A DNA stretch of 64,000 bases, from assembly GCF_009914755.1 (NCBI RefSeq), contig NC_060933.1; one strand, 5' to 3'. The stretch comes from the human T2T-CHM13v2.0 reference genome, Homo sapiens. The position numbers and the translations under genes were made by a program. Of the stretch, positions 25,872 through 47,630 are shown piece by piece. How positions within the stretch are numbered: the stretch's first letter is position 1; each line of letters starts with the position of its first letter. The notes beneath the pieces were generated by a model. That model searched no databases, was not told the DNA's origin, and was given only the letters and a program-made list of their open reading frames with translations.

Positions 25872-26343
25872 GTGTCAGTTCTCTATTGCCACAGTAAACT
25901 GCATAACAAAGAACTACAAAACCTCAGAGCATACAAAAATAAACATTTACATCTGTTCATGACTGTTAATTGGTTGGCATTCTGTTCAGATGAGCTGTGC
26001 TTGGTAGGGCTCACTTATGGTCAGCGGTCAGTTTGGGGTTGACTAGGCAGCTTTGCTGAAGTTGACTGGGATCTCTCATATATCCGGGGCCTCAACTGGG
26101 GGAACTGGGTTGACTCAGCTCTATTTCATATGTCTCATGATCCATCAGACTAGCCTAGGAATTTTCTTATGATGTAGGCAGAAGAGCAAGAAAAAGGAAG
26201 CCCAATCATTCAAGCTTCCCATTAATCAAAGCAAGGCATTTAAGCCCAGAGTCACAGTGGAAGAGGACAACAAAGATACAGGGCAAACAGCATGATATAA
26301 GGAAGCCATTAACTGGGGCCATTGATACAATCAACCTACCACA
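25872..26343 (-). mobile_element. Old MaLR LTR (MLT1G/H-like)
   Basis: 'tgtcagttctctattgccaca...gcataacaaa..actacaaaacctcag', ends 'caatcaacctaccaca'. Confidence 0.65.
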
Positions 26344-26399
26344 CTGTCTCATTAATTTTAGCAATCTTTTTCTTGAACTAAACTCACTATCTTTCACTG

Positions 26400-26888
26400 T
26401 CATATAATTGCCAGGGTTTTAAATTTAGCAAATGTGGAATAGGAGCCAAGACAGCTGAATAGGAACAGCTCCAGTCTACAGCTCCCAGTGTAAGTGACAC
26501 AGAAGATGGGTGATTTCTGCATTTTCATCTGAGGTACCGGGTTCATCTCACTAGGGAGTGCCAGACAGTGGGTGCAGGACAGTGGGTGCAGCACACCGTG
26601 CACGAGCCGAAGCAGGGCGAGGCATTGCCTCACTCGGGAAGCCCAAGGGGTCAGGGAGTTCCCTTTCCTAGTCAAAGAAAGGGGTGATGGACGGCACCTG
26701 GAAAATCTGGTCACTCCCACCCTCATACTGCGCTTTTCCGACGGGCTTAAAAAACAGCGCACCAGGAGATTATATCCCGCACATGGCTCAGAGGATCCTA
26801 TGCCCACGGGGTCTTGCTGATTGCTAGCATAGCAGTCTGAGATCAAACTGCAAGGCGGCAGCGAGGCTAGGGGAGGGGCGCCCGCCAT
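26400..26888 (-). CDS. L1 antisense ORF0, open and extended to 162 aa
   Basis: MAGAPPLASLPPCSLISDCYASNQQD...RVGVTRFSRC matches the primate L1 ORF0 N-terminus; no stop until 26400-26402 in flanking DNA; expression unknown. Confidence 0.55.
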   Translation of the reverse strand: MAGAPPLASLPPCSLISDCYASNQQDPVGIGSSEPCAGYNLLVRCFLSPSEKRSMRVGVTRFSRCRPSPLSLTRKGNSLTPWASRVRQCLALLRLVHGVLHPLSCTHCLALPSEMNPVPQMKMQKSPIFCVTYTGSCRLELFLFSCLGSYSTFAKFKTLAII

Positions 26889-27469
26889 TGCCCAGGCTTG
26901 CTTAGGTAAACAAAGCAGCCGGGAAGCTCAAACTGGACGGAGCCCACCACAGCTCAAGGAGGCCTGCCTGCCTCTGTAGGCTCCACCTCTGGGGGCAGGG
27001 CACAGACAAACAAAAAGACAGCAGTAAACTCTGCAGACTTAAATGTCCCTCTCTGACAGTTTGAAGAGAGCAGTGGTTCTCCCAGCATGCAGCTGGAGAT
27101 CTGATAACGGGCAGACTGCCTCCTCAAGTGGGCCCCTGACCCCTGACCCCCGAGCAGCCTAACTGGGAGGCACCCCCCAGTAGCAGCAGACCGACACCTC
27201 ACACGGCCGGGTACTGCTCTGAGACAAAACTTCCAGAGGAATGATCAGACAGCAGCATTCGCGGTTCACAAAAATCCGCTGTTCTGCAGCCACCGCTGCT
27301 GATACCCAGGCAAACAGGGTCTGGATTGGACCTCTAGCAAACTCCAACAGACCTGCAGCTGAGGGTCCTCTCTGTCAGAAGAAAAACTAACAAACAAAAG
27401 GACATCCACACCAAAAACCCATCTATACATCACCATCATCAAAGACCAAAAGTAGATAAAACCACAAAG

Positions 27470-28481
27470 ATGGGGAAAAAACAGCAGAAAAACTGGAAAC
27501 TCTAAAAAGCAGAATGCCTCTCCTCCTCCAAAGGAATGCAGTTCCTCACCAGCAACGGAACAAAGCTGGATGGAGAATGACTTTGATGAGTTGAGAGAAG
27601 GCTTCAGATGATCAAACTACTCCAAGCTATAGGAGGAAATTCAAACCAAAGGCAAAGAAGTTAAAAACTTTGTAAAAAATTTAGATGAATGTATAACTAG
27701 AATAACCAATACAGAGAAGTGCTTAAAGGAGCTGATGGAGCTGAAAGCCAAGGCTCGAGAACTATGTGAAGAATGCAGAAGCCTCAGGAGCTGATGCGAT
27801 CAACTGGAAGAAAGGGTATCAGTGATGGAAGATGAAATGAATGAAATGAAGCGAGAAGGGAAGTTTAGAGAAAAAAGAATAAAAAGAAATGAACAAAGCC
27901 TCCAAGAAATATGGGACTATGTGAAAAGACCAAATCTACGTCTGATTGGTGTACCTGAAAGTGATGGGGAGAATGGAACCAAGTTGGAAAACACTCTGCA
28001 GGATATTATCCAGGAGAACTTCCCCAAGCTAGCAAGGCAGGCCAACATTCAGATTCAGGAAATACAGGGAATGCCACAAAGATACTGCTCGAGAAGAGCA
28101 ACTCTAAGACACATAATTGTCAGATTCACCAAAGTTGAAATGAAGGAAAAAATGTTAAGGGCAGCCAGAGAGAAAGGTCGGGTTACCCACAAAGGGAAGC
28201 CCATCAGACTAACAGCTGATCTCTCAGCAGAAACTCTACAAGCCAGAAGAGAGTGGGGGCCAATATTCAACATTCTTAAAGAAAAGAATTTTCAACCCAG
28301 AATTTCATATCCAACCAAACTAAGCTTCATAAGTGAAGGAGAAATAAAATACTTTACAGACAAGCAAATGCTGAGAGATTTTGTCATCACCAGGCCTGCC
28401 CTAAAAGAGCTCCTGAGGGAAGCACTAAACATGGAAAGGAACAACCAGTACCAGCCACTGCAAAATCATGCCAAATTGTAA
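27470..28481 (+). pseudogene. L1 ORF1 (ORF1p), disrupted
   Basis: ATG 27470 'atggggaaaaaacag'; 2-bp deletion near the start plus premature stops; C-terminal 219-aa ORF 27822-28481 (…REKGRVTHKGKPIRLTADLSAETLQARREW…). Confidence 0.93.
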
Positions 28482-28544
28482 AGACCATCGAGGTTAGGAA
28501 GAAACTGCATCAACTAACGAGCAAAATAACCAGCTAACATCATC

Positions 28545-32366
<3,822 letters not shown>

Positions 32367-32691
32367 ACAATGAGAACACATGGACACAGGAAGGGGAACA
32401 TCACACTCTGGGGACTGTTGTGGGGTGGGGCGAGGGTGGAGGGATAGCATTAGGAGATATACCTAATGCTAAATGACGAGTTAATGGGTGCAGCATACCA
32501 GCATGGCCCATGTATACATATGTAACTAACCTGCACATTGTGCACATGTACCCTAAAACTTAAAGTATAATAATAATAAAATAAAATAAAATAAATTTAG
32601 CAAATATTTTTCTTGAAATGTATGTAGTGCACTTGTGTCACTAAGTCATATATATCTTTTTAAAAATAATTTGAATTCCAGGGTCAGCTAG

Positions 32692-33161
32692 TGCTATGGT
32701 TTGGGTGTAGTTTGTCCCCTCCAAAACTCCTGTGGAAATTTGATCCCCAATGTGCTGTGTTGGGAAGTGGTGTTTAGTGGGAGGTGTTTGGGTCACAGGG
32801 CAGATCCCTCATTAATAGATTAATGCCCTACCATGAGGATGAGTCAGTTCTAGTTCTCCTGGGGATAGGTTAGTCCCCATGACAGCTGGTTGTTGTTGTT
32901 GTTGTTGTTGTTTTTAAAAAAAAAGCCTGGCTTCCTAGGTTTCTCTCTCTTGCTTTCTCTCTTGCTGTGTAAGCTGTTTGTACATGCCTACTCTCCTCCT
33001 GTTTTCCACCATGAGTTGAAGCACTCTGAGACTCTCACTAGATGTAGATCCCCAATCTTGAACCTTCCAGCCACCAAAATCATAAGCCAAACAGACCTCT
33101 TTTCTTTATAAAATTCACAGCCTTGGGTATTCTGTTATAGCACCACTAAACAGACTAAGGA
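32692..33161 (+). mobile_element. MaLR solo LTR (MSTB-like)
   Basis: 'tgctatggtttgg...ttgtcccctccaaaactc..gtggaaatttgatccccaatgtg', 'tattctgttatagca...cagactaag'. Confidence 0.85.
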
Positions 33162-33589
33162 ACTAACAGATTTCCATTTTTCTATATTCTCACTCAATTC
33201 TACATAAGATGGATTATCTCTGATTAAATGTGCCACTTTCCAAATCTTAACTCATCTTCTTAGAAAACATGAGAGTAACATTGATAATATAAAATAATCA
33301 AAGATTATATGATCTCCAGTAATTGTCCAGGTAATTAAAAGTCAATTTGATATTATTCTGAGGCTTAAAAGTATTTTCTTACTCAGCATTGGGCACATCT
33401 GCCTTCTTCATCTTGAAAACTTGACTATGATATCTCATTAGCTTATAATTCCTTGCAATAAAATTAGAATTGTTTTATTGCTACCAGGTATGCTATCAGA
33501 TTGTACGTAAAGCTTTTGAGGTATGTTTTTTGAAATAGATAGAAAAACCTTAAAACTTTGTAAGATTTCTTTTTTTACTATTCTTCTAG

Positions 33590-33906
<317 letters not shown>

Positions 33907-35437
33907 TCAAATACTGTTTTTGATACCTAAAAACAAAAGTTAATCTAAGGCAAGTTCTCAGTCTATTCTGTGCATTCAGAAAGGCTTTCTAAAATGAATC
34001 TAAGTGATGAATTAGAGAGACAATATTCAATATGTTTATCAAGCCTTTATTGTCATATCTTTATATGAACAATTTTCTTATCTCGAAAATTTCTACTCAA
34101 GTCCAACACAAGCGATCACTCAAACCACAGAGCAATATTATACCTAAGAAGCTGTCCATACAATGTCATATACCTGGTAAACATGCCAGCCAAAAAAAAA
34201 AAAAAAGCTATCTGTTCAGGATAGTAAAGGGATGAGATTCTCTTGAAATCAGATGTCTTCCTAAATTTCTTTTCAATCCTAAATTTTACAGTACATAGTC
34301 CCTTTGAATTCAATTCTTGCTGCTATGCAAAGTTTTCCTCGGTAAATACATGGGGCCTGGAAGAAGTAAGAAAACCATAGCTTCCTTTATCTGCTCATTT
34401 TCATTGTCATCACCTCCTTTACTGCAGAAATATATGGATGCATAAAAACTCCCTGCAAAGATAGTGTATACATGGCTTCTTTTTGAAACTTTGGCTTCTT
34501 TTTAAAATGATATGTATGTTATAGACACTGAGAGTACATTAATTACACAGAAAATGCAACACATTTTCTTAACAATCCAGACACATGTATAATTTATGAA
34601 TCATCAATTTTGTGTCATGATTCAAAATTCTAATTGTCTTATGAGCATATGTCTTGGAAGACATTTCTAATGATACAAACTAGAGGAATTATAGCCCTAT
34701 TTTTGGTTGGTCTTAACATAATAATTTTGATGCTATGAAAATTTAAGTTCCATGCCTACCGTCCATAAAACGTTTAATAGCCGCTAAATGACAAGCAGCT
34801 TTTGAAATCACTTCCAACTGAATACATTTTTCTTTGAAGGGTAGAATGATGTCCAACATTTGCATGTTATCAATGGGTTTTTTGGTTAAAAATCAAATAA
34901 CAACTATTTAAATAATTCTAGCCAAACCTTGCAAGACTTTACATCATGTCTAAGAGAAATTCTGAACCTTGTGTTCTAAGAGTAAATTGTTTCTTCAAAC
35001 AGAGAGATTATTCCAAAAACCAGATGTGATGATAGAATCTGATAAAGGAAGTTTACCTTTTATAAGTAATTGACAAATAATTTATATTTAATGCTTTTTG
35101 CCTTTAGAAGAAATAAGACAAGCATGTTTTGCTCAATTTCCTAATCTTCAGACTAAAAAATGAAATATACAAGCTGTCAAATGTGAGACATCACTGCCAA
35201 ACTGAAACCTATTACAAAATAAAGCTTAGTGTTGCTTAGTTGATATTGTGATATTATTTTCAGTGAAGTAAGAATATATTCAGGCAAGTTGTAAAATAAT
35301 ATGAATGATACTTTTTTTCTCTTATGCATGAGAAAAAATGAGTAATACTTTTATTGAATGCAAGATTTAGAAAATTTGTCCTTTCTTATTTTTCCTAGCA
35401 GTTGCAAAGGTGGTTAACAGACTGAGCTTTAGAATAG

Positions 35438-35770
<333 letters not shown>

Positions 35771-35782
35771 CAAGTTCAAGTT

Positions 35783-36075
35783 CTTTATTTTTTTGAGGCG
35801 GCATCTCACTGTGTTGCCCAGGTTGGAGTGCAGTGCTGCAATTTTGACTCACTCCACCTCCCAGGCTCAAGCAATCCTCCCACCTTAGCCTCCTGAGCAG
35901 CTGGGACCACAAGCATGCACCATCACACCTGGGTAATTTTCTTGTATTTTTGCTGAGATAGGGAGGGTTTCAGCATGCTGTTCAGGCTGGTCTTGGACTC
36001 CTGAGCTCAAGCAATTCACCTGCCTCAGCCTCCCAAAGTGCTGGGATAACAGGCATGAGCCACTGCACCCCACCG
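35783..36075 (-). mobile_element. AluJ-like
   Basis: 'caggctcaagcaatcctcccacc', 'ctcctgagctcaagcaa'. Confidence 0.9.
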
Positions 36076-36089
36076 CTTTATCTTTAAAC

Positions 36090-36224
36090 TTTTATTCTTT
36101 TAAAAGATAGAGACTGAGTCTTGCTATGTTCCCCAAGCTGGTCTTGAACTCCATACTCAAGCAATCAACCCACCTCAGCCTCTCAAAGTGCTGGGATTAC
36201 AGGCATACGCCATGGCTCCCGGCC
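36090..36224 (-). mobile_element. Alu monomer (FLAM/left arm)
   Basis: Single arm 'gtcttgctatgttccccaagctggtcttgaactcc...ctgggattacaggc...ccggcc'. Confidence 0.8.
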
Positions 36225-36289
36225 ATAGGTTCAAATTCTGATAATAATTTGAATCTGTAATTCATTTTGAACTGAGAGCAAGAAAAAAA

Positions 36290-39345
<3,056 letters not shown>

Positions 39346-39349
39346 GCAA

Positions 39350-39958
39350 TTATTTTATCCTTCAGTTTTATCTATTCAGTTACCAGTGCTTTTTATTTTT
39401 CAGTGTGGATTGAGTTACTGTTTCATGCTCAGTGTGGATTGAGTTACATGTTTCAGCTTGAAGGATTCCCTATAGTGTTTCTTATAAGGTGAACCTGCTA
39501 GTGATAAATTATCTCAGCTTTTATATATCTAGGAATGCTTAATTTCTTCTTCATCATTTTTGAAAGACAGTTTTTCTGGATATAGAATTTTTGGTTAATT
39601 CTTTCTTTCCTTCAGCACTTTGAATATGTCATCCCATTGCCATATGGCTTCTATGGCTTCTGATAAGAAATCAGCTGCTCATCTTATTGATAATTTTTTG
39701 TATGTGATGAGTTGCTTCTTTTTGCTGCTTTCAAGATTTTCTCTTTGTCTTTCAACAACTTGATTATTTGCCTTTGTCTTTCAACAACTTGATTATGATT
39801 TGTCTGATGTGGATCCCTCAGTGTAACTTACTTGGAATTCACTGAGCTCCAAGCTTCATGGATGTGTAGCTTAATGTATTTTATAAAATTTGGAAAGTTT
39901 CAGTCATTATTTCTTCAAACATTCTTTCTGCTCCTCCCTCCCTCCCCCATACTCTTTC

Positions 39959-39997
<39 letters not shown>

Positions 39998-40405
39998 GTT
40001 GTGTAACTTCCATTATGTATATGTTGGTAAGCTTCATGGTGTCCATTGAGTTTCTGAGGCTTTTAGTTTTCTCCATTTTTTTCTGCCAATAGACTTCATA
40101 ATCTCAACTTATCTATCAACAAGTTCACTGATTTTTTCCTTTGCCAGTTCAAGTAGGCTTTTGAACATATCTAGTGAAGTCTATTTCAGTTACTGTACTT
40201 TTCAACTCCAGAATTTTTATTTTTATTTATTTCTCTCTCCTTTTGTTCTCTATTTGGTGAGACATCATCTTTATTACTTTCTTTGAGTTCTTTAGACATT
40301 GTTTCCTTTAGTTCTGTAAATATATTTTTAATAGCTGATTTAAAATCTCTGCCCAGTAAGCTCAATGTCTTGGCTTTCTCAGGGACAATCTCTACTGATT
40401 TTTTT
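39350..40405 (-). mobile_element. Old L1 ORF1 region, with (TG)n at 39962-39993
   Basis: 'tttttgaaagacagtttttctggatatagaattt', 'cagcactttgaatatgtcatcccattg', 'tgataagaaatcagctg'. Confidence 0.75.
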
Positions 40406-40417
40406 CATGTGTATGCT

Positions 40418-43010
<2,593 letters not shown>

Positions 43011-43760
43011 TCATTGACTCTTCCAGTGACTCTTCTCCCTGTAATATCTACAGGTGTCCTTATTTATGAGCTCTTGATTCTTAGAAAATAAAAGACCTTT
43101 TGTTCCTTTCATTTCAGGGGCTAATGGTTCTACCTAAATAGCTAAAAGTTTATTTTGATTTCTAGCTTGTTTGCTTTATTGCTATTCTTTGAAAATGTTT
43201 ACCACGTTAGAAATTTTCTAAATTGGCAATTTCCCATTCCAATCTATTTTTTCTTTCTGAGTCCACCTACAAAAAGAGAAGACAAGGCTCCTTTTACTTC
43301 AGCTGTACAATCTACTCAGAATTTTATTCGAAAATATTATTAAGTCTATTTTTAAACTAACTATTGACTTGTCTTTATTTCATTAATAGTTTTTACATAT
43401 TTGTCTAATCATTGCTTAAGGAAAAAGCTTCTAAATGGGCTTATGTAGTGCATTTTCTGTATTCTTACCCTCCCACATTCAATTTTTTAAATTATGCCCA
43501 ATTTGGTTATTTAAATCCCCTCCTGGCCTTCCCCTTTTTGCTTCTTTTAATCACTTTTCTCCCTGATTGAAAGGCTAACAATATATGAACTAGGGGGCTA
43601 CAAATCTTTTCTTCTAAAACAGTTAAGTGCATTTTTAAATATCCTGAATTCTGCAATATACTTGTCTGTATTCCTGATGGTATCAAAGTGTACCTGGAAT
43701 TTGTTTTAATCGGACATGAGAAAATATGAATATATAAATGATTGTTGTGAAAAAAGAAAC

Positions 43761-44233
43761 TGATACACACAGATCCTTAGAAACAAGAGGCACAGCAGTC
43801 ATGCAGACCATGTAGGGAAACAGCCAAGTGAGGAGGCAAAGTGGGGGAAAAGAGCATGGCCTAAAGCTTTTATGGGGTTCTCAGGGAAGAAAGAGTGGGG
43901 CAAGATAGGTATGTTGAGTAAATTTAGGATTAGATAGTTAGAATAATTTCAATGCACTCTGGAACTTAGGGGTGGTCCCTAGTTGTCCACTACCTGGTTC
44001 TAAGATGATCTGGGGCAAGGTGATATTGAGTTGGTGTGTAGGAATTTGATAAAGGAGATGATTGGGGTATGGGCTCTAGGTTGGTTTATTTGCATATGAA
44101 AGCTGTGCCGGAAAGGAAGTCATTTGCTGTCTCTAGGAATTAGCTACCCCTGGTAGAGGCAGCCTCTCCAGGATCTAGACACCAAACGCCAGGGCATCAA
44201 AAATACAGAAAATAAGAAAATACAGTCAATACA
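43761..44233 (-). mobile_element. ERVL LTR (MER74-like)
   Basis: Reverse complement starts 'tgtattgactgtattttcttattttctgtatttttgatgc...gctaattcctagagacagcaaatgac...ctttcatatgcaaataaacc'. Confidence 0.75.
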
Positions 44234-44454
44234 CTGATTTTTAAAAATATTTTCTTACATTTCTTAATGCAGCTCAAAATCAATATTTAAGTTCAATTTC
44301 TATATATCTGTCTTCTTGTCTAACAATGCAATTATTCCTTTCCTAAAAATAAAAAAGCTATATTGGCCAGGCCCAGTCTCCCTGAGCAAATCATACTGCT
44401 GATCTTAGATAGAATTTTTGAGAAGTTTGCATGCTTTACTTTTTTATTCTCACA

Positions 44455-44760
44455 TACTAGAATATAAGCCTCTTGAGGGGAAATCTTTTGTTCACTGTTT
44501 TATCCAAAAGTTAGAACAGTGCCTTTTATACAATAGTCCCTGAAAAGTTATTCATTAAATAAACAAATAAATCAAACTTAAGCTTAGCCATTTTACCTGT
44601 TCCATGAGTTTCAGCCAATTGCTTTATCTTTTAATAACTTCAATTTTGTCTGTAAGTGGGTTTAATTCATTTACTCCACAGAGTTATTGGGAGGATTAAA
44701 TTAGGTTGTGCATGTAATGCATTTGGTAAGGTGCCTGATATATAGGATAATTCCAATAAG
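44455..44760 (+). mobile_element. L2 3' end (44455-44570) followed by MIR (44590-44760)
   Basis: 'ctagaatataagcctcttgagggg...ttagaacagtgcc'; 'gttattgggaggattaaatta...gtgcctg'. Confidence 0.6.
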
Positions 44761-45621
44761 CAGTGGTGGTCTCTGTTTTCCTTGTTATTGTAGATGTCAG
44801 GATAAAGTATAGGAAACAGTTTAATTCCCCGTCATACTTCCCAGTATCCATACTTTGCGCTGACATCCCACTACCTGAAATGTGCTCCAATCCTTCCAAA
44901 TACCCCTTTATTATTAATTACTTAAAATGTATCTTTTGTATGTCTCATTCTCTAGGGGCCATAACTTAGCTCTTTTAAGAGCTAATAACAGCTGATAATG
45001 TCATATACATTGATTTTTTTGACAGGGTGTATTTTCTTACTAGAAACCAAAATAATGACTAGTGGTGGAAACCTAGAGTCCTGAGGCAGCTTAGAGATGA
45101 TGTTCAGCATAAAGGAACAATGTTGTCTACCACCCTTGAACTCACCCTGAGTAAGATGGGGAAGCCAAAGTCCCATGCCAGCCTGCCTATTTCATTTCCC
45201 AACAGTGCCTTTCTCATGATGACAAATGTGTCAGTCACTTAGATGTATCAATCTGGAGTTGAGGGGGAGAGGCCTGTCAGTCCAGAGATACAGATTTGGA
45301 AATCAAACAAAATAAGCTCTTTAATATGTCCCCTGACCACCAGGCCAGGTATGCTCTCCTGAAAGCAGTTTAAGTGATACACTGATGTCTGCAGAGGCTA
45401 GACTGAGTTGTTTAGGAAATAATTGAGAAGAAACAAAGGCAAATCATTCTTTCAAGAAGTCTTTGGGTAATAAGGTATGACAACTTGAAAAATAAGGTAA
45501 AGGCAAGGGTGGTGGTTGCTGTTGACCCGTTATGTTCTTAAAAGTGGGGCAGCTTACGGTAAATTATTATAGAATGAAGAGAAAGAACCAAGATCATCTA
45601 AGAGTCTCAAAACTAGGTCTT

Positions 45622-45956
<335 letters not shown>

Positions 45957-45993
45957 CTATATTGATGATGGAAATAAATAGTAATCCTTATTA

Positions 45994-46300
45994 GGAGTCA
46001 CAGTGGCTCACACCTGTAATGCCAACACTTTGGGAGGCCAAGCCAGGCAGATCACTTGAGGCCAGGGGTTCAAGACCAGCCTGGACAATATGACAAAACC
46101 CTGTCTCTAACAAAAATACAAAAATTACCTGGTAATGGTGGCATGTGCCTATAGTCCCAGCTACTAGGAAGGCGAGGTATGAGAATCTCTTAAACCCAGG
46201 AGGTTGAGGGTGCAGTGAACTGAGATCACGCCACTGCACTCCAGCCTAGGCAACAGACCAAGACTCTGTCTCAAAAAAAAAAAAAAAAAAAAAAAAAAAA
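45994..46300 (+). mobile_element. Alu (AluJb/Sz-like)
   Basis: 'gatcacttgaggccagg'; long poly(A). Confidence 0.92.
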
Positions 46301-46444
46301 GGACTGACTAGGATTCCACAATGACTATTTCCTTAATTTAAGGTAATCTCAAAATTTTAATCCCATGATATGTACAACTGCACAAAACCACTACACCTCT
46401 AATTTCTTTCATGTTTCTTATAGTAATGATACAATTGTAATTCT

Positions 46445-46640
46445 ATAAACTAGATACTGTGGTAAGTGCTTTGCATGCATGCATTCATTTATCCATTACA
46501 ACACTGTATTAAAGATTATTTATAAAAGAAAATAATCAAGGTCCACAGGGGTAAGTAACTTGCTCAAGAGGCACATATGGAAAGTGAAGTAACTGGGAAT
46601 TGGTTGCAAGAATATAACCCAAAACCCATGCTCTTAGGCA
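46445..46640 (-). mobile_element. MIR
   Basis: 'actgtggtaagtgctttgcatgcat', 'gtaagtaacttgctcaag'. Confidence 0.6.
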
Positions 46641-46669
46641 TTTTTTTCTCTACAGCATCAGAAACAAGT

Positions 46670-47162
46670 GGGAGTAAACATCTGTCATTTATTCATTTGC
46701 CTCACACTCCCTCCTTTTTGGAGCCTTCCCTCAGTGTGTCTGATTATGGTGGGGTTGACTACGTGGGCCTTATTTTCTCTACCAAAGAATTGGGCACATG
46801 AAGGCAGCTGGCCAATCATAGCTATCCAACCCCTTTCCCCTAGGCAGGGTGGGATAGGACTCAAGCTGAGCCAGTCAGACAACTTCAGGTACCACTCAGC
46901 CAGAGTATCAAGGACAAATATTTCTTTTCCCTTGAGGTTGCTAAGATATCAGTATTTGGCTCTTGAGCCGTCAGTCATATGGAGAAAGTCTATCTGAGAA
47001 AACAAACAAAGCCCTGATAATATAATTTAGAACTCCTGGATCTAACTGTGCCTGAGATGATCTTCCTCAGGACTTACAAGGGCCAATTAATTCCTTATTG
47101 TGTTTAATCCTATGTAACTTAGGTTTCTGCCATCTAACAACTGAAATATTCCTAATGAAACA
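46670..47162 (+). mobile_element. MaLR LTR (MLT1K-like)
   Basis: 'gctggccaatcatag', 'caagctgagccagtcaga', 'ctcctggatctaactgtgcctga', 'ggtttctgccatctaacaactgaaa'. Confidence 0.65.
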
Positions 47163-47179
47163 CAAAGCAATAAAATAAG

Positions 47180-47630
47180 ATTTGGAGTCACACAAATTAG
47201 GATTCACATCCCAGCTCCCTAATCTTCTAATTGTATATCCTAACCACATTCCTGAACTTCCTTGAATCTCAAAATCCTTGTCTGTAAACATGAGGATAAC
47301 AATACTACATTACTGTATAAGCAAACAGGCTTAGGAATGGTCTGTGTTTAAACTCTCACTCCATGGCTAACCTGCTATGTAACCGTAACCTTGGATAATT
47401 TATTTGCACTTATTCTCTCTTCATTTCTTCTTTCCAACTTTCCATCTTCCAAACTATGTTTCCAAAAGAACCTAAGGTGATGTACAATAACTATTCATTC
47501 AACAAATGTTTATTGAGAACTCATTATGTGCCAGAAAATGAGCTAGTGGCCAGGAAATTAAAGATGAGCAAAATAGACACAATCTCAGCACTCACGGAAT
47601 GCAGACAAATATTACATAATAATCACATGA
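47180..47630. mobile_element. MIR fragments (+, 47180-47430) and L2 3' end (-, 47490-47630)
   Basis: 'tttggagtcacacaaattaggattcacatcccagctc', 'tctgtaaacatgaggataaca'; 'attcattcaacaaatgtttattgagaac'. Confidence 0.65.
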
